Assembly (NCBI GenBank): GCA_047495785.1
Contig: JBLDXI010000042.1
Location: 1,922,001 to 1,986,000, forward strand
DNA: 64,000 nucleotides
Reading direction: 5' to 3'
DNA from: Lepidodermella squamata
Taxonomy: Eukaryota > Animalia > Gastrotricha
Made by a program: the position numbers and the translations under genes. Shown piece after piece: positions 63,547 through 64,000 of this stretch. How positions within the stretch are numbered: position 1 is the stretch's first letter; each line of letters starts with the position of its first letter. A model generated the notes under the pieces. The model was not told where the DNA came from and made no database searches. It worked only from the letters and a program-made list of their open reading frames with translations.

Positions 63547-64000
63547 CTAGATTATATCTATACCTATCCCCCACCTATTTTCGACGAAGTAAATCTCGTT
63601 ACCTTCTTGATTCGTGAGCCAGACTCGAATATTCTGCGTGTTCGCGTTTGTGCACATTAGGAACCTTTTCTCGTTCGGAATGTAGTTGACGTGCTCCCCA
63701 AATTTTTTGTTGATAGGGCAAGTAAAAATCACCGTGTTATATTCAGGGATGACGCTATTATTAACCACGGAACAATGAACAAACATTGTGTCCAGGCCCA
63801 TAGTTATATCAGGGACGTTTTGGGAATTGAAATCGCGCTCATATGAGCCTATGTTGACCCCGAGAAACCGGGCCATAGCTTCAGTTTCTACTATCAAAGA
63901 ATAATTTTCTAAAATCCTCACGCTTACGCAACTGAAAACAGTGTTGACACGTAAATTTATGCCAAAGATTTCTATTCCTTTCACGCTGTCAACAGTGAAA
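63547..64000 (-). CDS. Minor capsid protein (penton, single jelly-roll), 5' end beyond the window
   Basis: Frame is open to the window edge. MFVHCSVV.NS...VIFTCP.....G......P....F......IRVWLTNQEGNEIYF matches the Polinton penton C-terminal pattern. Confidence 0.8.
   Translation of the reverse strand, partial: FTVDSVKGIEIFGINLRVNTVFSCVSVRILENYSLIVETEAMARFLGVNIGSYERDFNSQNVPDITMGLDTMFVHCSVVNNSVIPEYNTVIFTCPINKKFGEHVNYIPNEKRFLMCTNANTQNIRVWLTNQEGNEIYFVENRWGIGIDII

Larger units (their letters stand above)
58629..64000 (-). mobile_element. Endogenous Polinton/Maverick (adintovirus-like) element, virion morphogenesis module, partly decayed; continues past the window edge
   Basis: Nine co-oriented, intronless, tightly packed ORFs including an adenain-type protease, a capsid-sized protein and a penton-like protein. 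No TIR, pPolB, integrase or ATPase in this window. Confidence 0.9.

Overview
Eukaryotic window, probably an invertebrate animal (short 52-57 bp GT-AG introns, a LINE, cut-and-paste transposons). It has four parts. (1) 0.1-0.9 kb: an intron-containing, apparently frameshifted LicD/fukutin-family gene. (2) 2.9-52.8 kb: a ~50 kb tandem array of about 96 copies of a 443-bp satellite, with 352-bp deletion variants and local higher-order repeats. Its left part holds four insertions: two TA-target TIR elements (one carrying its own 191-bp tandem array), a 5'-truncated LINE RT fragment and a PIF/Harbinger-like MITE. Most of these insertions and the rearrangement breakpoints fall in one ~50-bp hairpin-rich segment of the monomer. 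(3) 52.8-58.4 kb: AT-rich DNA with nested Harbinger-like MITEs and a 2-exon secreted Cys-rich gene with a WxxW tail. (4) 58.6-64 kb: the virion module of an endogenous Polinton/Maverick (adintovirus-like) element. All its genes lie on the minus strand: penton, small core protein, major capsid, larger core protein (frameshifted, split by a hAT MITE), adenain protease, small zinc-ribbon protein, frameshifted VLTF3-like factor, fibre-like protein and a two-TM 'GasderminX'-like protein. The hundreds of near-identical short ORFs in the ORF track are translations of satellite DNA, not genes. Family assignments come from motif recognition only; no database search was run.
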